Shown: positions 47,036-57,937 of the stretch, in pieces
Layout: each line of letters starts with the position of its first letter
How positions within the stretch are numbered: position 1 is the first letter of the stretch
DNA from: a virus
Taxonomy: Duplodnaviria > Caudoviricetes
Virus record (IMG/VR): IMGVR_UViG_3300025875_000021
Coordinates: 1 to 63,293 of that record
Reading direction: 5' to 3' (one strand)
DNA length: 63,293 nucleotides
Program-made: the position numbers and the translations under genes
The notes under the pieces: model-generated
What the model was told of the DNA's origin: nothing
What the model saw: the letters and a program-made list of their open reading frames with translations, nothing else
The model's database searches: none

Positions 47036-48082
47036 ATGACCACTCTCCAATGGGACGAGGTTAGTAAGCGTTACTACGAAGCGGGAATCGATCGCGGCGT
47101 GCTATATCTGGGGAGTGGTCGTGGAGTACCCTGGAATGGGCTGACCGGTGTTGAAGAATCATTCGATGGAGATGCTTCAGAGTCTAGCTATTTCGATGGC
47201 GTCAAGAATCGGGATAGCGCATCTTTCGGCGACTACGCTGGAACTTTGAGGGCGTTTACCTATCCTGATGAGTTCTTAGAGTTCGAAGGAGTTGTAGATC
47301 TGGGTGGGGGTCTATACGTTGATGATCAGGCGCCTAAGCCGTTCAATCTAACGTACAGAACCCGCGTTGGTAATGACGTTGACGGGCCAACGCACGGATA
47401 CAAGATCCATATCTTGTACAACCTGACCGTTGTTCCGGATCCGAAGAACTACGAGACGCATAGTGATTCCAGAGCCCCCCTCGAGTTTTCCTGGAGTCTA
47501 ACCAGCGTCCCTCAAGACGTCACTCAGAACCGACCGACCGCTCACGTTATTCTAGACTCGAGACTATTGAATACCTCTATGCTCAGGGGTCTAGAGTCGG
47601 TTTTGTATGGAACGAATACTACAGAGGCAAGACTTCCCGACATTAATGAGCTAATAGACTTCATTACTGCTTGGGACCCAAAGGTCATAGATCCAAGATC
47701 AAACGGCATAGCGATCTTGACGAATGCCATCGGAGATTTGACAGCCAGTGTCATTTCCGGTCTATACTATGCTCTACCTACAACGCGTTTGGTTGAGACT
47801 GAGGTAAAGGGCCTTTTCCGATGGACTGGTCAACTGACGCCCGATCCTGAGCCTGTTGATTTCATTGATGGTGGATCTCCTGGATCTCCCATGGATGTGC
47901 TTTATGACGGCGGATCACCGAACACGGAGCATGAGAATCTGTTCGACGGTGGTAACTACGAGGATCTCGAGGCTCTAACCGGGGTCGTCGCTGGTGGACC
48001 GTCAAAGATCAACAAGGACGTGTACAAGGCTGGCTCACCGAGTCAGTCGAACACAACAACCATTACCGGAGGTGCACCTTGA
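47036..48082 (+). CDS. Major-tail-protein paralog 3 with C-terminal DGG repeats
   Basis: YEAGIDRGVLY, PWNGLTGV, AFTYPDEF, GYKIHILYN; IDGGSP, YDGGSP, FDGG, ITGGAP. Confidence 0.8.
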   Translation: MTTLQWDEVSKRYYEAGIDRGVLYLGSGRGVPWNGLTGVEESFDGDASESSYFDGVKNRDSASFGDYAGTLRAFTYPDEFLEFEGVVDLGGGLYVDDQAPKPFNLTYRTRVGNDVDGPTHGYKIHILYNLTVVPDPKNYETHSDSRAPLEFSWSLTSVPQDVTQNRPTAHVILDSRLLNTSMLRGLESVLYGTNTTEARLPDINELIDFITAWDPKVIDPRSNGIAILTNAIGDLTASVISGLYYALPTTRLVETEVKGLFRWTGQLTPDPEPVDFIDGGSPGSPMDVLYDGGSPNTEHENLFDGGNYEDLEALTGVVAGGPSKINKDVYKAGSPSQSNTTTITGGAP

Positions 48083-50310
48083 TTGTAGATGCGCATATGC
48101 AGCAAAAGTTCGGAACGGCAGCGGAGTGGGCAAGTGAGAACCCCGTCTTGCTTGAGGGCGAGCTGGGTATTGAGACTGACACGGGCATTATCAAGTCTGG
48201 TGACGGAAAGAGTCCGTGGAATAGTCTTTCTCATCCCTTCGACGGTACATACGTCGACATTGATCAGTTTACGGACCTAGTTAATCGCGTTATTGCGTTG
48301 GAGAACAAGGTAAGTAGCACTCCAACTACTCCGGTTGAGTCGACCAGCTACAAGGTAGCTTATGTCGCCCCGACCGCTCGTGGCACGGGCGATGGCTCTA
48401 CGACGGCGAATGCTTCCGGAGGTCTGACTTCTATCGTCCCGCTTCTTGATGCAGGATTCAACGACATTCGTTTGCTCTCGAACTCAGGCGCGTTTGCCGA
48501 AGCGGCAGTCGACATCAAGAGAAAGGGATCAGCAACTTTCCCGATCCTTATTCGTGGTGTTGGAGCCGACGGTGTAACACTTGCTCGAGCTCTGATCTCG
48601 GGCGCTCGAGTGAGTCCTTATGATTCGGCAGAGGCCACCAGTGGTGGTCCGGTGTTCCGATTTTATGAGGGCTGGGGGCAGATTAAGTTTTCCCACGTCG
48701 ATTTCGAGAAGGTGGAGGAGTGCTTCACATTCCGAGCACCGGGATCGGCATTCACTCTTGAGAAGAGTGACGCGACCAACGTTCGCTGGGGCGTTTCTCA
48801 GCCAAGCGGACTAGTTCCTGCCGCAACGGTAAGCGGTATGACACTTCGCGATGTGAAGGTCAATGGTTATTCGCGAAGCGCCTTCCGCATGCGCTACGAC
48901 ACCAATAACATTCTGTGTGAGCGAGTCTATGCAGACAGCCAGCGCAATGATGGCGACAGCTTCACTATGGCCTTCGTTTGTGACGACACGGTTCATGATG
49001 CAAAGTTCATTGACTGTGATGCCCACAACAACATCCAGACTCGTAAGGGTACCGTGCTGCTTACGGGCGCTGATTACTGGAATGGCGACGGTTTCGTTTC
49101 AGAGGCCGGAGCATACAACCTGGAGTACACGCGCTGTAAGTCTTCCGGAAGCACCGATGGTGGTTTCGACCTCAAGCACAACAACGTTCTTGGAACTCTT
49201 GTTCTGACGGATTGCGAGTCCTGGAACAACAAGCGAAACTACCGCATCTGGCGTTCGGATGCGAAGCTTGTTCGTTGCGTTGCCCGAAACCCCATCAAGG
49301 AGGGTGGTTCGGGTACGGGCCTTAACATTTGGATTGGCGAGGGTTCTATGAACGTTCTTGCTACCAACTGTATTCTCGAGGAGCAGCTGAACAACTACGC
49401 CATGTTCGGAATCAATGCGAACAGCTCTCTCACAATCGACGGCGGAAGCATGACACTGTTCCCGAATGGTGTTATCACCGACAGTGAGGGCACTCCGCAC
49501 ACCATCACGATCAACCCGAATGTCGCTGTTGTTCGAAAGACACCGGGCACGACTACCCCGACCACACCGACAGCGCCTGTTTCTAAGTCGCTTCACGATG
49601 AGGTTCTTGCCGACGGGCCTGTCGCTTTCTGGGAGATGAACGAGACGACAGGCACTTCGCTTGCTGACAGCGGACCGAATGATTTCGATGCGACACTGGT
49701 TGGTGCAACCTTGGGCGTCGCAGGTCCAGTCGGAAAGGCTATTTCCTATGACGGCGTTGACGATCGTTCACTTCACACAACTCTGGGTACTCTCGGTTCG
49801 ACCATCGGCACCAAGGGTCTGACCATCGAGTTCTGGATTAAGACGTCAACCACGGCGACAAACAAGCCGGTTATTCTGGGCAGTACGAATCTGGACTTCA
49901 ACACCATGGTTCAGATTGTGGCAAACACCAATGCTGACAACGTCGCCATGGCGGGCCGCACGATGTTCCATATTCGCCAGAACGGAGCCGCTCAGTCTCA
50001 GATTTCCATTGATGCACCGATCTACGATGATCAGTGGCACCACGTCGTACTTGTCCGTCCCGCGGGCAATGCTCCTGTGCACTCCATCTATGTAGATGGA
50101 GTAAAGGTTCCCTCACCGTATGTGTACCGAAACGAGACGGGTACCTCGTTCAGCAACTTCGCATACCCAATGGCTGTGGGTGCTGTAAACAGCCGTGGTA
50201 CGATTGGATCCTTCTTTAAGGGTTCAATTGATGGAGTTGCATTCTATGACAAGCCTCTCACCGATGCTCAAGTTGCGGCGCACTACAACGCCAAGGCTTT
50301 CGTCGGGTAA
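48079..50310 (+). CDS. Tailspike-like protein: Mtd-type N-domain, beta-helix, LamG/ConA lectin
   Basis: NPVLLEGELGIETDT..KSGDG; YVAP..GTGDGST; YWNGDGF..STDGGFDLK; TIEFWIK, WHHVV, FKGSIDGVAFY. Confidence 0.8.
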   Translation: MIVDAHMQQKFGTAAEWASENPVLLEGELGIETDTGIIKSGDGKSPWNSLSHPFDGTYVDIDQFTDLVNRVIALENKVSSTPTTPVESTSYKVAYVAPTARGTGDGSTTANASGGLTSIVPLLDAGFNDIRLLSNSGAFAEAAVDIKRKGSATFPILIRGVGADGVTLARALISGARVSPYDSAEATSGGPVFRFYEGWGQIKFSHVDFEKVEECFTFRAPGSAFTLEKSDATNVRWGVSQPSGLVPAATVSGMTLRDVKVNGYSRSAFRMRYDTNNILCERVYADSQRNDGDSFTMAFVCDDTVHDAKFIDCDAHNNIQTRKGTVLLTGADYWNGDGFVSEAGAYNLEYTRCKSSGSTDGGFDLKHNNVLGTLVLTDCESWNNKRNYRIWRSDAKLVRCVARNPIKEGGSGTGLNIWIGEGSMNVLATNCILEEQLNNYAMFGINANSSLTIDGGSMTLFPNGVITDSEGTPHTITINPNVAVVRKTPGTTTPTTPTAPVSKSLHDEVLADGPVAFWEMNETTGTSLADSGPNDFDATLVGATLGVAGPVGKAISYDGVDDRSLHTTLGTLGSTIGTKGLTIEFWIKTSTTATNKPVILGSTNLDFNTMVQIVANTNADNVAMAGRTMFHIRQNGAAQSQISIDAPIYDDQWHHVVLVRPAGNAPVHSIYVDGVKVPSPYVYRNETGTSFSNFAYPMAVGAVNSRGTIGSFFKGSIDGVAFYDKPLTDAQVAAHYNAKAFVG

Positions 50311-50332
50311 CCACTTCCCGGAAGGATCCGTA

Positions 50333-50713
50333 ATGTCATTTACGCTAACCGACAGCGGCTCCTGGCCAGGACTGGAGCAGATGCTCAAGAAGATGGATCC
50401 TTCGGCGGTTCGTGCAGAGCTGGAGTCGGCCGGGGCAGAAGGAGTTGCCGCACTGGCAGCCGCTACCCCGGCCGACTCCGGTCTGACCGCTAGCTCATGG
50501 TCATATCGAATCAAGAGTACACGTGGAACGTCTACTATTGAGTGGTACAACACCAATGTCAATGGCGGATTCGAAGTCGCTCTCGCACTTCAGTACGGGC
50601 ACGGCACAGGAACTGGTGGATGGGTTCCGGGTCGTGATTATATCAATCCGGCCATGAGGCCCGTATTTGACAGGATCGCAGACAGGGTGTGGAAGGCGGT
50701 GACCGGTAAATGA
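50333..50713 (+). CDS. HK97 gp10-like neck/tail protein
   Basis: GVAALAAATPADSGLTASSW, LQYGHGT, DYINPA. Confidence 0.7.
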   Translation: MSFTLTDSGSWPGLEQMLKKMDPSAVRAELESAGAEGVAALAAATPADSGLTASSWSYRIKSTRGTSTIEWYNTNVNGGFEVALALQYGHGTGTGGWVPGRDYINPAMRPVFDRIADRVWKAVTGK

Positions 50714-53700
50714 GCGTCGACAGCAGGGTCGTAGATCTCAAGTTCAACTACAGCTCGTTTGCAGACGGTGTTTCTGCCGTCCTGAGGGGCGTTTCTCAGC
50801 TAGCCAAGGGCTTGCAGCTTACGGGCGCGACCAAGGGCATCGCTGATGTTCAGGCTTCCGTCGGCAAGACGAACTTCAACCCCATGCTCTCCGGCCTGAG
50901 TCAGGTCACAAACGGCTTCAGCGTTATGCAGGTTGCGGGTGTTACTGCTCTGGCGACCATCGTCAATAAGGCGGTCAGTGCCGGCGCGGAGATGGTTAAG
51001 TCACTCAGTGTGACACCCATCATGGACGGTTTCCGCGAGTACGAGCTGAAGATGGGTTCTATCCAGACTATTCTGGCGAACACATCTCGACACGGTACAA
51101 CGCTCGAGACCGTCAACAGCGAGCTTGACCAGCTCAACAAGTACGCCGACAAGACCATCTACAACTTCGCCGAGATGACGAAGAACGCTTCGCTCTTCAC
51201 CAACTCGGGTATGAAGATCGAGGACGCAACGCAGGTCATCAAGGGGTTCTCGAACGCGGCAGCTGCTTCGGGTACTGACGCCAATGGTGCAGCTCGTGCG
51301 GCCTACCAGCTGTCGCAGGCCTTCAACACCGGCACGATCCGCCTGATGGACTGGCGGTCACTCACCAATGCCGGCATGGGCAGCAAGAACATGCAGGACA
51401 GCCTGATCAAGATCGCTGACGGCATGGGCATGTTCAACGGAGAGACGACCACCGCTACAGCCGCCACAAAGGACTTCAACGGTTCGCTTGAGAAGAACTG
51501 GCTCAGCGCGGACGTCATGTCCAGCTACCTTCGCATCATGGCCGGCGACATGACGGACGCTGAGATGGCGTCTCTCGGTCTCGACAAGGCGGCTCAGACC
51601 GCACTTAAGGCCGAGGCCAAGATGGCTGAAGAGGCGGCCACAAAGGTCCGAACTCTGAGTCAGCTGATGGGCACGATCAAGGAGGCCGTGGCTTCCGGAT
51701 GGACCGACACCTTCGAGCTTCTCTTCGGTGACTTCACCGAGGCCACGGACATGTTCACCAAGGTGAACGACGTCGTCTCCAAGTTCGTCGGAGGAATGAC
51801 CGATGCCCGTAACAAGGTGCTCGGTGACTGGAAGGCTCTCGGTGGTCGAACGGTTCTGATTGAGGGCATCAAGAACGCCTTCCAGGCACTGGTGGGCATT
51901 CTTAAGCCCGTCAAGGATGCGTTCCGACAGATCTTCCCCGCCAAGACTGGCGCTGATCTGTTCGCAATGACGCAGAAGTTCACAGAGTTCACCGAGAAAC
52001 TCAAAATGGGAGCAGAGACGACCGAGAAGGTCAAGCGGATCTTCGCAGGTCTGTTCGCTGCCTTCTCGATTGTTGGCCAAATCCTCGGTGGAGCGATTGG
52101 TCTGATCGGTCGGTTCTTCAACGCCCTTTCGGGGGGTAGTGGTGGCCTGCTGAATCTTGGTGCGGGCATCGGCATGTTCCTGGTCAACCTCGATCTCATG
52201 ATGAAGAAGACGGGGATCGTCAAGACCGTCTTCTCGAAGATCGGTGATGTGCTGGCCATCCCGCTCAAGGCGCTTGGTGCTTTGGGTAAGGCCTTCGCTA
52301 GCCTGTTCGACAACTTCGATCTCGGTGGGGTAAGCAAGATCGGTGCAGCATTCGGTGCTGTTGGTGATCGATTGAGTCCCCTTCAGGCAATCGGAGAAAG
52401 GCTCCGGGGGATGTTTTCCGCACTTGGCGGCATTGTCAAGAGCGCTATGGGCAAGATCGGTGAGGCTCTTTCAGGTATTGGCGATGTAATTGCTAACGCC
52501 TTCCAGAGTGCGGACTACGGCAAGGTCCTTGACACGCTCAACGTCGGACTGTTTGCTGCAATTGTCTTTGCCCTTAAGAAGTTCATGGCCGGCGGAATCA
52601 ATGTCAACGTTGGCGAGGGTCTGTTCGGGGGCATCACAGAAACCCTCGGAGGCGTGACTAAGGCCCTTGGCACCATGCAGGCCACTCTCAAGTCCGACAT
52701 GCTGCTCAAGATCGCAGGCGCAATTGCGCTTCTTGCCGGATCGCTCGTCGTACTTTCCATGGTCGACAGCGGGGACCTGACTAAGGCTCTCGTTGCTATG
52801 TCTGCCGGGTTTGTTACGATGGCTGCAGCGTTGGCATATTTGTCGACAAACACCACGCTTCTCGGTGCAATAAAGATGGGACCCATCGCTGCTTCACTGG
52901 TGGTCCTGTCGGCGGCGCTTATGGGAATCGCCCTTGCGATGAAGATCATGGCGACGATGAGCTGGGAGGACATCACTCAGGCGCTCGTCGGAATCGGTGG
53001 TTCACTGACTGTTATCGCTCTGGCGATGCGGTTGATGCCGAAGAACATGATGGCTCAGTCGGTGTCTATCGGACTCCTGGCTGTCTCACTTATGGCTCTT
53101 GCCGGTGCAGTGAAGATATTCGCAGCCATTGAGACCAGTGCGGTTGCTTCCGGTCTTGTAAAGATTGGCGCAGCACTTGTTGTTCTTGCGGCGGGAATGC
53201 GATTGATGCCGAAGAACATGCTTGTTCAGGCTGTAAGTCTGACTGTGCTCGGAGGAGCACTTCTTGTCATTGCAGCAGCCGTCAAGGTGTTCGCAACAAT
53301 GAGTCTTGGCGATATTGGGCAGGGCCTTCTTGCTATTGGTGGAGCTTTGGTGATCATCGCAGCTGCGATGTCGATCATGCCGCCGACGATGATTCTTCTT
53401 GGTCCGGCGCTTCTTGTAGTAGCGGCAGCTCTTGTCGTTATTTCGGGAGCACTGGCTATCATGGGCGGTCAAAGTATTGGTGAGATGGCTATTGGCCTGA
53501 CGACGCTTGCCGGGGCGCTCACAATTCTGGCAGTGGGCCTGACAGCTATGTCTTTGGCTCTTCCTGGAGCTGCTGCTCTCGTCGTCGCAGCAGGAGCTCT
53601 CATGCTCCTTACACCCGTCCTCATCACATTGGGGACGCTTGACATAATGACCATTGTCACCGGTCTTGGTGCTCTTGCTGCTATATTCGCGGTGTTCGGC

Positions 53701-55908
53701 ATTGCTGGAATGCTTCTGGCACCTGTGGTGCCTGTGATCCTTGCCCTTGCGGCAGCGATTGTCCTCGTGGGCGCAGGTATGGCTCTCGCAGGTGTGGGTG
53801 TGCTAGCCTTCGCCAGTGCGTTCTCCATCGCAGTCGCTCTAGGTGCTGCAGGCGTTAAGGTTCTCGGCGATATTCTGGGAACGTTCATCTCCGCCATTCC
53901 GGCCGCTCTGGCTGCGTTCGGTAAGGGGATCGTAGCATTCGCAAAGGTGATCGCAAGCGCCGGAAAGGCGTTCTTCGATGCCTTCACGACGATTCTGTCG
54001 TCGATCATCAAGGCCATCATGGCCAACCTTCCGAAGATCGGCGCTCTGTTCCAGCAGCTCGTGTCTACGGCGCTTCGTATCCTCACCACGTCCATCCCAC
54101 AGATGGTCAGTGCGGGTATGCGAATCATCCTGGGGGTTCTCCAGGGGATCAACCAGAACATCGACAAGATCATTCCGGTTGCCGTAAGCATTACCGTCAA
54201 GTTCATCAATGGTGTAGCTAAGGGACTCCCGGCAATCATTGATGCGGGCGTTAAGCTGGTTATTGCCTTTGTCAACGGAGTGTCTCGAGCAATCGAGGCT
54301 AACTCCGCAGCTATGGGTGCTGCCGGCGGACGACTCGGTGTCGCCATCGTACAGGGTATGGCTCGGGGTATCGCTGGTGGTCTTAGCGTTGTGACACAGG
54401 CTGCCGGACAGCTTGCGTTGTCGGCCCTGAACAAGGCAAAGAGCGTCCTTGGAATCAAGTCTCCGTCCAAGGAGTTCGAGAAGATTGGTAAGTTCTCGGG
54501 CGAGGGCTTCGTCAAGGGGTTGACTGGAAGTCAGGACGACGTTAAGAAGTCGTTCAACACAATGAACGATCTTCTGAAGGAAGCCATGAAGGCGGCCGAG
54601 AAGGACGTTGGCGAGCATACCAAGAAGCTCAAGGATCTCAACGAGCAGAAGATGAAGATCCAGCGTGACTACAGCGCTAGGGTCCGTGCGATCACGTCGA
54701 AGGACAAGCGCGATGCTCAGGATGCCCGGAAGCTCAAGGATATTCAGGAAGAGCTGACGGTTGTCCGGAACAAGAACCGTGAGGCAATTCGGCTTGAGAC
54801 TCTGGCGTTGATTCAGTCAACGAAGGAGCGGCACCTCGCAGGGGTGGCTCACCGTGAGCTCACCACTAAGATGAACGATGAAGAGAAGCAGCTTGAATCG
54901 CTTGCTATTCGTTACGATCGATACACGGATCAAATCAAGGAGGCCGACAAGGCCCTCGAGGATTCGATCAAGACTCGTGACGACTACAATGCCAGCGTTA
55001 CCAAGCAGTACAGTGACATGCCTGATGTCTCTAAGGAGACAAAGCTCGTCGACTATATTGACGGCCTTGAGGCTAAGATTGCGGACACGCAGGCGTTCGC
55101 GACTGCTATCCAGCAGCTTCGAACTCTGGGTCTTGGTGATGAGCTCTACAAGGAGCTCCTGGCCAAGGGTCTTGACGCGCTTCCGTTCGTCACTGAGCTT
55201 CTTGCAGGCGGAAAGTCTGCCGTTGATGAGGTGAGCACTCTCAGTGCAACTCTCGGTAAGGCTGCGCAGGGTCTCGGTACTGAGGCGTCTAAGCAGCTGT
55301 ACCAGGCTGGTGTTGATGCTGCTCAGGGTCTGGTCAACGGACTCAAGAGTCAGCAGGCGGCCATCGACAAGCAGATGCAGACCATTGCAAACGCTATGGT
55401 TGTCACGCTCAAGAAGAAGCTCCAGATCAAGTCACCCTCACGCGAGTTCGCCAAGATCGGCGTATTCTCGGTGAAGGGTCTTGCTAAGGGTCTTGCTGAC
55501 ACTCGGATCATCGACCGAGCTTCAGCTGATCTGGGTAATGCTGCACTGAGTGGCCTGGGCAAGTCTCTGGCTCAGCTTGGTGCTGCTTTGGACGGGGAGA
55601 TCGACATGAACCCGACCATTACGCCAGTTCTGGATCTCTCTACGCTTCAGAGAGATGCTTCCCGCATGAACACGCTATTCGCCGCACAAGCAATTGCGGC
55701 TGACGTGTCCTTCGGTCAGGCGTCGTCCATATCTGCTGCTCAGGCAGCTGCTCAGAGTGCTACTCCGGCCCCAGCTCCGGCTCCGGTCGTGCACAAGGAG
55801 ATCAAGCTCGAGCAGAACAACTACTCGCCGGTGGCCCTGTCCCCGGTGAAGATCTATCGTCAGACGAAGAACCTGACCGCACTGGCAAAGGAGGCGTTGA
55901 ACGCATGA
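50710..55908 (+). CDS. Tape measure protein
   Basis: 1732 aa, Ala/Gly-rich helical; YADKTIYNF, IKSPS twice; hydrophobic central repeats. Confidence 0.92.
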   Translation: MSVDSRVVDLKFNYSSFADGVSAVLRGVSQLAKGLQLTGATKGIADVQASVGKTNFNPMLSGLSQVTNGFSVMQVAGVTALATIVNKAVSAGAEMVKSLSVTPIMDGFREYELKMGSIQTILANTSRHGTTLETVNSELDQLNKYADKTIYNFAEMTKNASLFTNSGMKIEDATQVIKGFSNAAAASGTDANGAARAAYQLSQAFNTGTIRLMDWRSLTNAGMGSKNMQDSLIKIADGMGMFNGETTTATAATKDFNGSLEKNWLSADVMSSYLRIMAGDMTDAEMASLGLDKAAQTALKAEAKMAEEAATKVRTLSQLMGTIKEAVASGWTDTFELLFGDFTEATDMFTKVNDVVSKFVGGMTDARNKVLGDWKALGGRTVLIEGIKNAFQALVGILKPVKDAFRQIFPAKTGADLFAMTQKFTEFTEKLKMGAETTEKVKRIFAGLFAAFSIVGQILGGAIGLIGRFFNALSGGSGGLLNLGAGIGMFLVNLDLMMKKTGIVKTVFSKIGDVLAIPLKALGALGKAFASLFDNFDLGGVSKIGAAFGAVGDRLSPLQAIGERLRGMFSALGGIVKSAMGKIGEALSGIGDVIANAFQSADYGKVLDTLNVGLFAAIVFALKKFMAGGINVNVGEGLFGGITETLGGVTKALGTMQATLKSDMLLKIAGAIALLAGSLVVLSMVDSGDLTKALVAMSAGFVTMAAALAYLSTNTTLLGAIKMGPIAASLVVLSAALMGIALAMKIMATMSWEDITQALVGIGGSLTVIALAMRLMPKNMMAQSVSIGLLAVSLMALAGAVKIFAAIETSAVASGLVKIGAALVVLAAGMRLMPKNMLVQAVSLTVLGGALLVIAAAVKVFATMSLGDIGQGLLAIGGALVIIAAAMSIMPPTMILLGPALLVVAAALVVISGALAIMGGQSIGEMAIGLTTLAGALTILAVGLTAMSLALPGAAALVVAAGALMLLTPVLITLGTLDIMTIVTGLGALAAIFAVFGIAGMLLAPVVPVILALAAAIVLVGAGMALAGVGVLAFASAFSIAVALGAAGVKVLGDILGTFISAIPAALAAFGKGIVAFAKVIASAGKAFFDAFTTILSSIIKAIMANLPKIGALFQQLVSTALRILTTSIPQMVSAGMRIILGVLQGINQNIDKIIPVAVSITVKFINGVAKGLPAIIDAGVKLVIAFVNGVSRAIEANSAAMGAAGGRLGVAIVQGMARGIAGGLSVVTQAAGQLALSALNKAKSVLGIKSPSKEFEKIGKFSGEGFVKGLTGSQDDVKKSFNTMNDLLKEAMKAAEKDVGEHTKKLKDLNEQKMKIQRDYSARVRAITSKDKRDAQDARKLKDIQEELTVVRNKNREAIRLETLALIQSTKERHLAGVAHRELTTKMNDEEKQLESLAIRYDRYTDQIKEADKALEDSIKTRDDYNASVTKQYSDMPDVSKETKLVDYIDGLEAKIADTQAFATAIQQLRTLGLGDELYKELLAKGLDALPFVTELLAGGKSAVDEVSTLSATLGKAAQGLGTEASKQLYQAGVDAAQGLVNGLKSQQAAIDKQMQTIANAMVVTLKKKLQIKSPSREFAKIGVFSVKGLAKGLADTRIIDRASADLGNAALSGLGKSLAQLGAALDGEIDMNPTITPVLDLSTLQRDASRMNTLFAAQAIAADVSFGQASSISAAQAAAQSATPAPAPAPVVHKEIKLEQNNYSPVALSPVKIYRQTKNLTALAKEALNA

Positions 55909-56717
55909 TCAAGATGACAAAGGTACGCCTCCACGGGCTCTCGACCATCGATCTTCCGGTGGTCGGGGCCCGTCCGTCGGACAGGTATATTCTGAAGACG
56001 GCCGAAGGTCTCGGTCCGCCTGAGGTCGACGTCTCGCAGTCACGCACCCTTCACGCTGGGGATGTGTATCAGAGACGTCGACCTCAGTCCCGAGAAGTCG
56101 TTCTAACAGTTCGTCTGAATCCGGACCACCAAATGAGTGAGACGGCCGCCGACCTGCGCGCGGAGCTCTACGGGCTTTTGACACCCGGCTACCTCGACGA
56201 GGTTAAGATTGATATCCTCGATGGTGACGACCTTCAGGCTTCAACGGCTGGAAACGTCAGCAAGCTGGAGATCAACCCGTTCAGCGCAGAGCCGGAAGTG
56301 CAGATCACGATTCCGTGTCTTCAGGCATATCTTCACGCGCCCAACATCCTGTATGTCTTCCCGGGTAGCGCTGCTGATCCAAGCATCATGAATGTCGGAA
56401 CTGCACCCACGGGGTTTCGTGCTGAGATCTTATTCACCGCCCCTACAAACTGGTGGGGCCTGTTTAACGGTCGCGGACAAAGTATGACATTCTATCACGC
56501 CTTTCACGCAGGCGACAAGCTGACGTTCGACACGAACCCGGGGAGTCGAGGCATCTGGCTGACTCGAGACGGTGCGACATATTCGATCCTTCAGTCGCTT
56601 GCTTCCGATTCCGTCTGGCACATGCTGTATGGCGGTAACAATACCTTTGAGGCCACTTCCAACACGGGCTACACCTGGGGTAACGTGTACTACACGCCAC
56701 AGTACTGGGGGATCTGA
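55905..56717 (+). CDS. Distal tail protein-like
   Basis: Follows the tape measure gene; GLGPP, INPFS, N.G.APTG. Confidence 0.7.
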   Translation: MIKMTKVRLHGLSTIDLPVVGARPSDRYILKTAEGLGPPEVDVSQSRTLHAGDVYQRRRPQSREVVLTVRLNPDHQMSETAADLRAELYGLLTPGYLDEVKIDILDGDDLQASTAGNVSKLEINPFSAEPEVQITIPCLQAYLHAPNILYVFPGSAADPSIMNVGTAPTGFRAEILFTAPTNWWGLFNGRGQSMTFYHAFHAGDKLTFDTNPGSRGIWLTRDGATYSILQSLASDSVWHMLYGGNNTFEATSNTGYTWGNVYYTPQYWGI

Positions 56718-57937
56718 TGGACGTACTTCGATTGAATGACACGTCATATCTTCCCGATGAGCTTGTTGAGGGGTACAGCTCCATGATTTGGACTGAGCGG
56801 CATACGGGTCATGGTGAGTTTCAGCTTCACACCCCTCTCATTCAAAAGACCAAGGAACTCATTCCTGAGGGCTCTCTCCTAACGCTTCTGGACAGTCCTG
56901 AAATCATGGAGGTCGAGACACACTCGATCTCGGTCAATGATGATGGCGAGCAGGAGCTGAAGATCACCGGCAGGACGTTCGACAAGCTATTTCTGGATCG
57001 AATCATTCTTGGTGGGAACCACACCCAAGAGTGGCCGACGTCGCAGATGTATCGGTCGAACGAGCTCGTATCGGCTCTTATTTGGAATGCCGTCTCTAAC
57101 CCAACGGGTAAGAATCCGCTGAGTAAGGGCATGGGCGCAGAGCTTCTAGATCGGATCGCAAACATCGTGATTACCGATAGCTCGGCACTTTCCGAAGATC
57201 CCACTATGTGGTGGGTTAAGCCCGGTCCTCTTCAGGAGTTCCTGGATGACGTTCTTGCCATCAGCGGTCTCGGCATCCGAACTATTCGCCCAACCAATGT
57301 CGGAGGCGCCGTTGTCTCATTCGATGTTTCAGACACGACGAACTATGGCAAGTACTCCAAGACGTCTCACAGTCCGGTAACCGAGGTTCAGTTCAACGTG
57401 TATCAGGGAGCAGATCGAACGCGCTACAGCTCTACGAATGAGCCAGTCGTGTTCCACTACGCTTCGGGTCATATTGACTCACCGGAGTACCTGTTCTCGA
57501 GCAAGGACATCAAGAACATCGCCTACGTAACTTCTTCGATTGGTGGCGTGTTTGTTCACAAGATGGATGGCGATTTCTGGTGGACTCCAGGAACACAGGC
57601 TCCTCCGGTTAATCCGTCAGGCCGAGCTCGCAAGATGCTGTGGGTTGATGGGGGATCGATCGGATCCGATGAGGACTTTGCGACCTTCATCAACGCCCTA
57701 GCACAGAAGGGCATGGCTGAGCTAGCTAAGCACAACCGTCAGATTCTCTTTGACGGAGCCATATCCCCGCTTTCCCCCCACAAGTACGGGGTGCACTACT
57801 TCCTCGGAGACACTGTCACTCTCTCAGCAGAGTATGGCTTCGAGCAGGACATGATGGTGGCCGAGTACGTACGCACTGACGACGAGACAGGCGATCAGGG
57901 ATTCCCGACGCTTATTCTCGCAAACCCGGAGGTCTAA
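56717..57937 (+). CDS. Minor tail protein (ReqiPepy6 Gp37-like hub)
   Basis: YSSMIWTER..GEFQL; YGVHYFLGD.V. Confidence 0.75.
   Translation: MDVLRLNDTSYLPDELVEGYSSMIWTERHTGHGEFQLHTPLIQKTKELIPEGSLLTLLDSPEIMEVETHSISVNDDGEQELKITGRTFDKLFLDRIILGGNHTQEWPTSQMYRSNELVSALIWNAVSNPTGKNPLSKGMGAELLDRIANIVITDSSALSEDPTMWWVKPGPLQEFLDDVLAISGLGIRTIRPTNVGGAVVSFDVSDTTNYGKYSKTSHSPVTEVQFNVYQGADRTRYSSTNEPVVFHYASGHIDSPEYLFSSKDIKNIAYVTSSIGGVFVHKMDGDFWWTPGTQAPPVNPSGRARKMLWVDGGSIGSDEDFATFINALAQKGMAELAKHNRQILFDGAISPLSPHKYGVHYFLGDTVTLSAEYGFEQDMMVAEYVRTDDETGDQGFPTLILANPEV

Noticed and set aside
31900-50310. Diversity-generating retroelement suggested by Mtd-type N-domains
   Set aside because: No reverse transcriptase and no template/variable repeat pair seen; only the anchor domain is present
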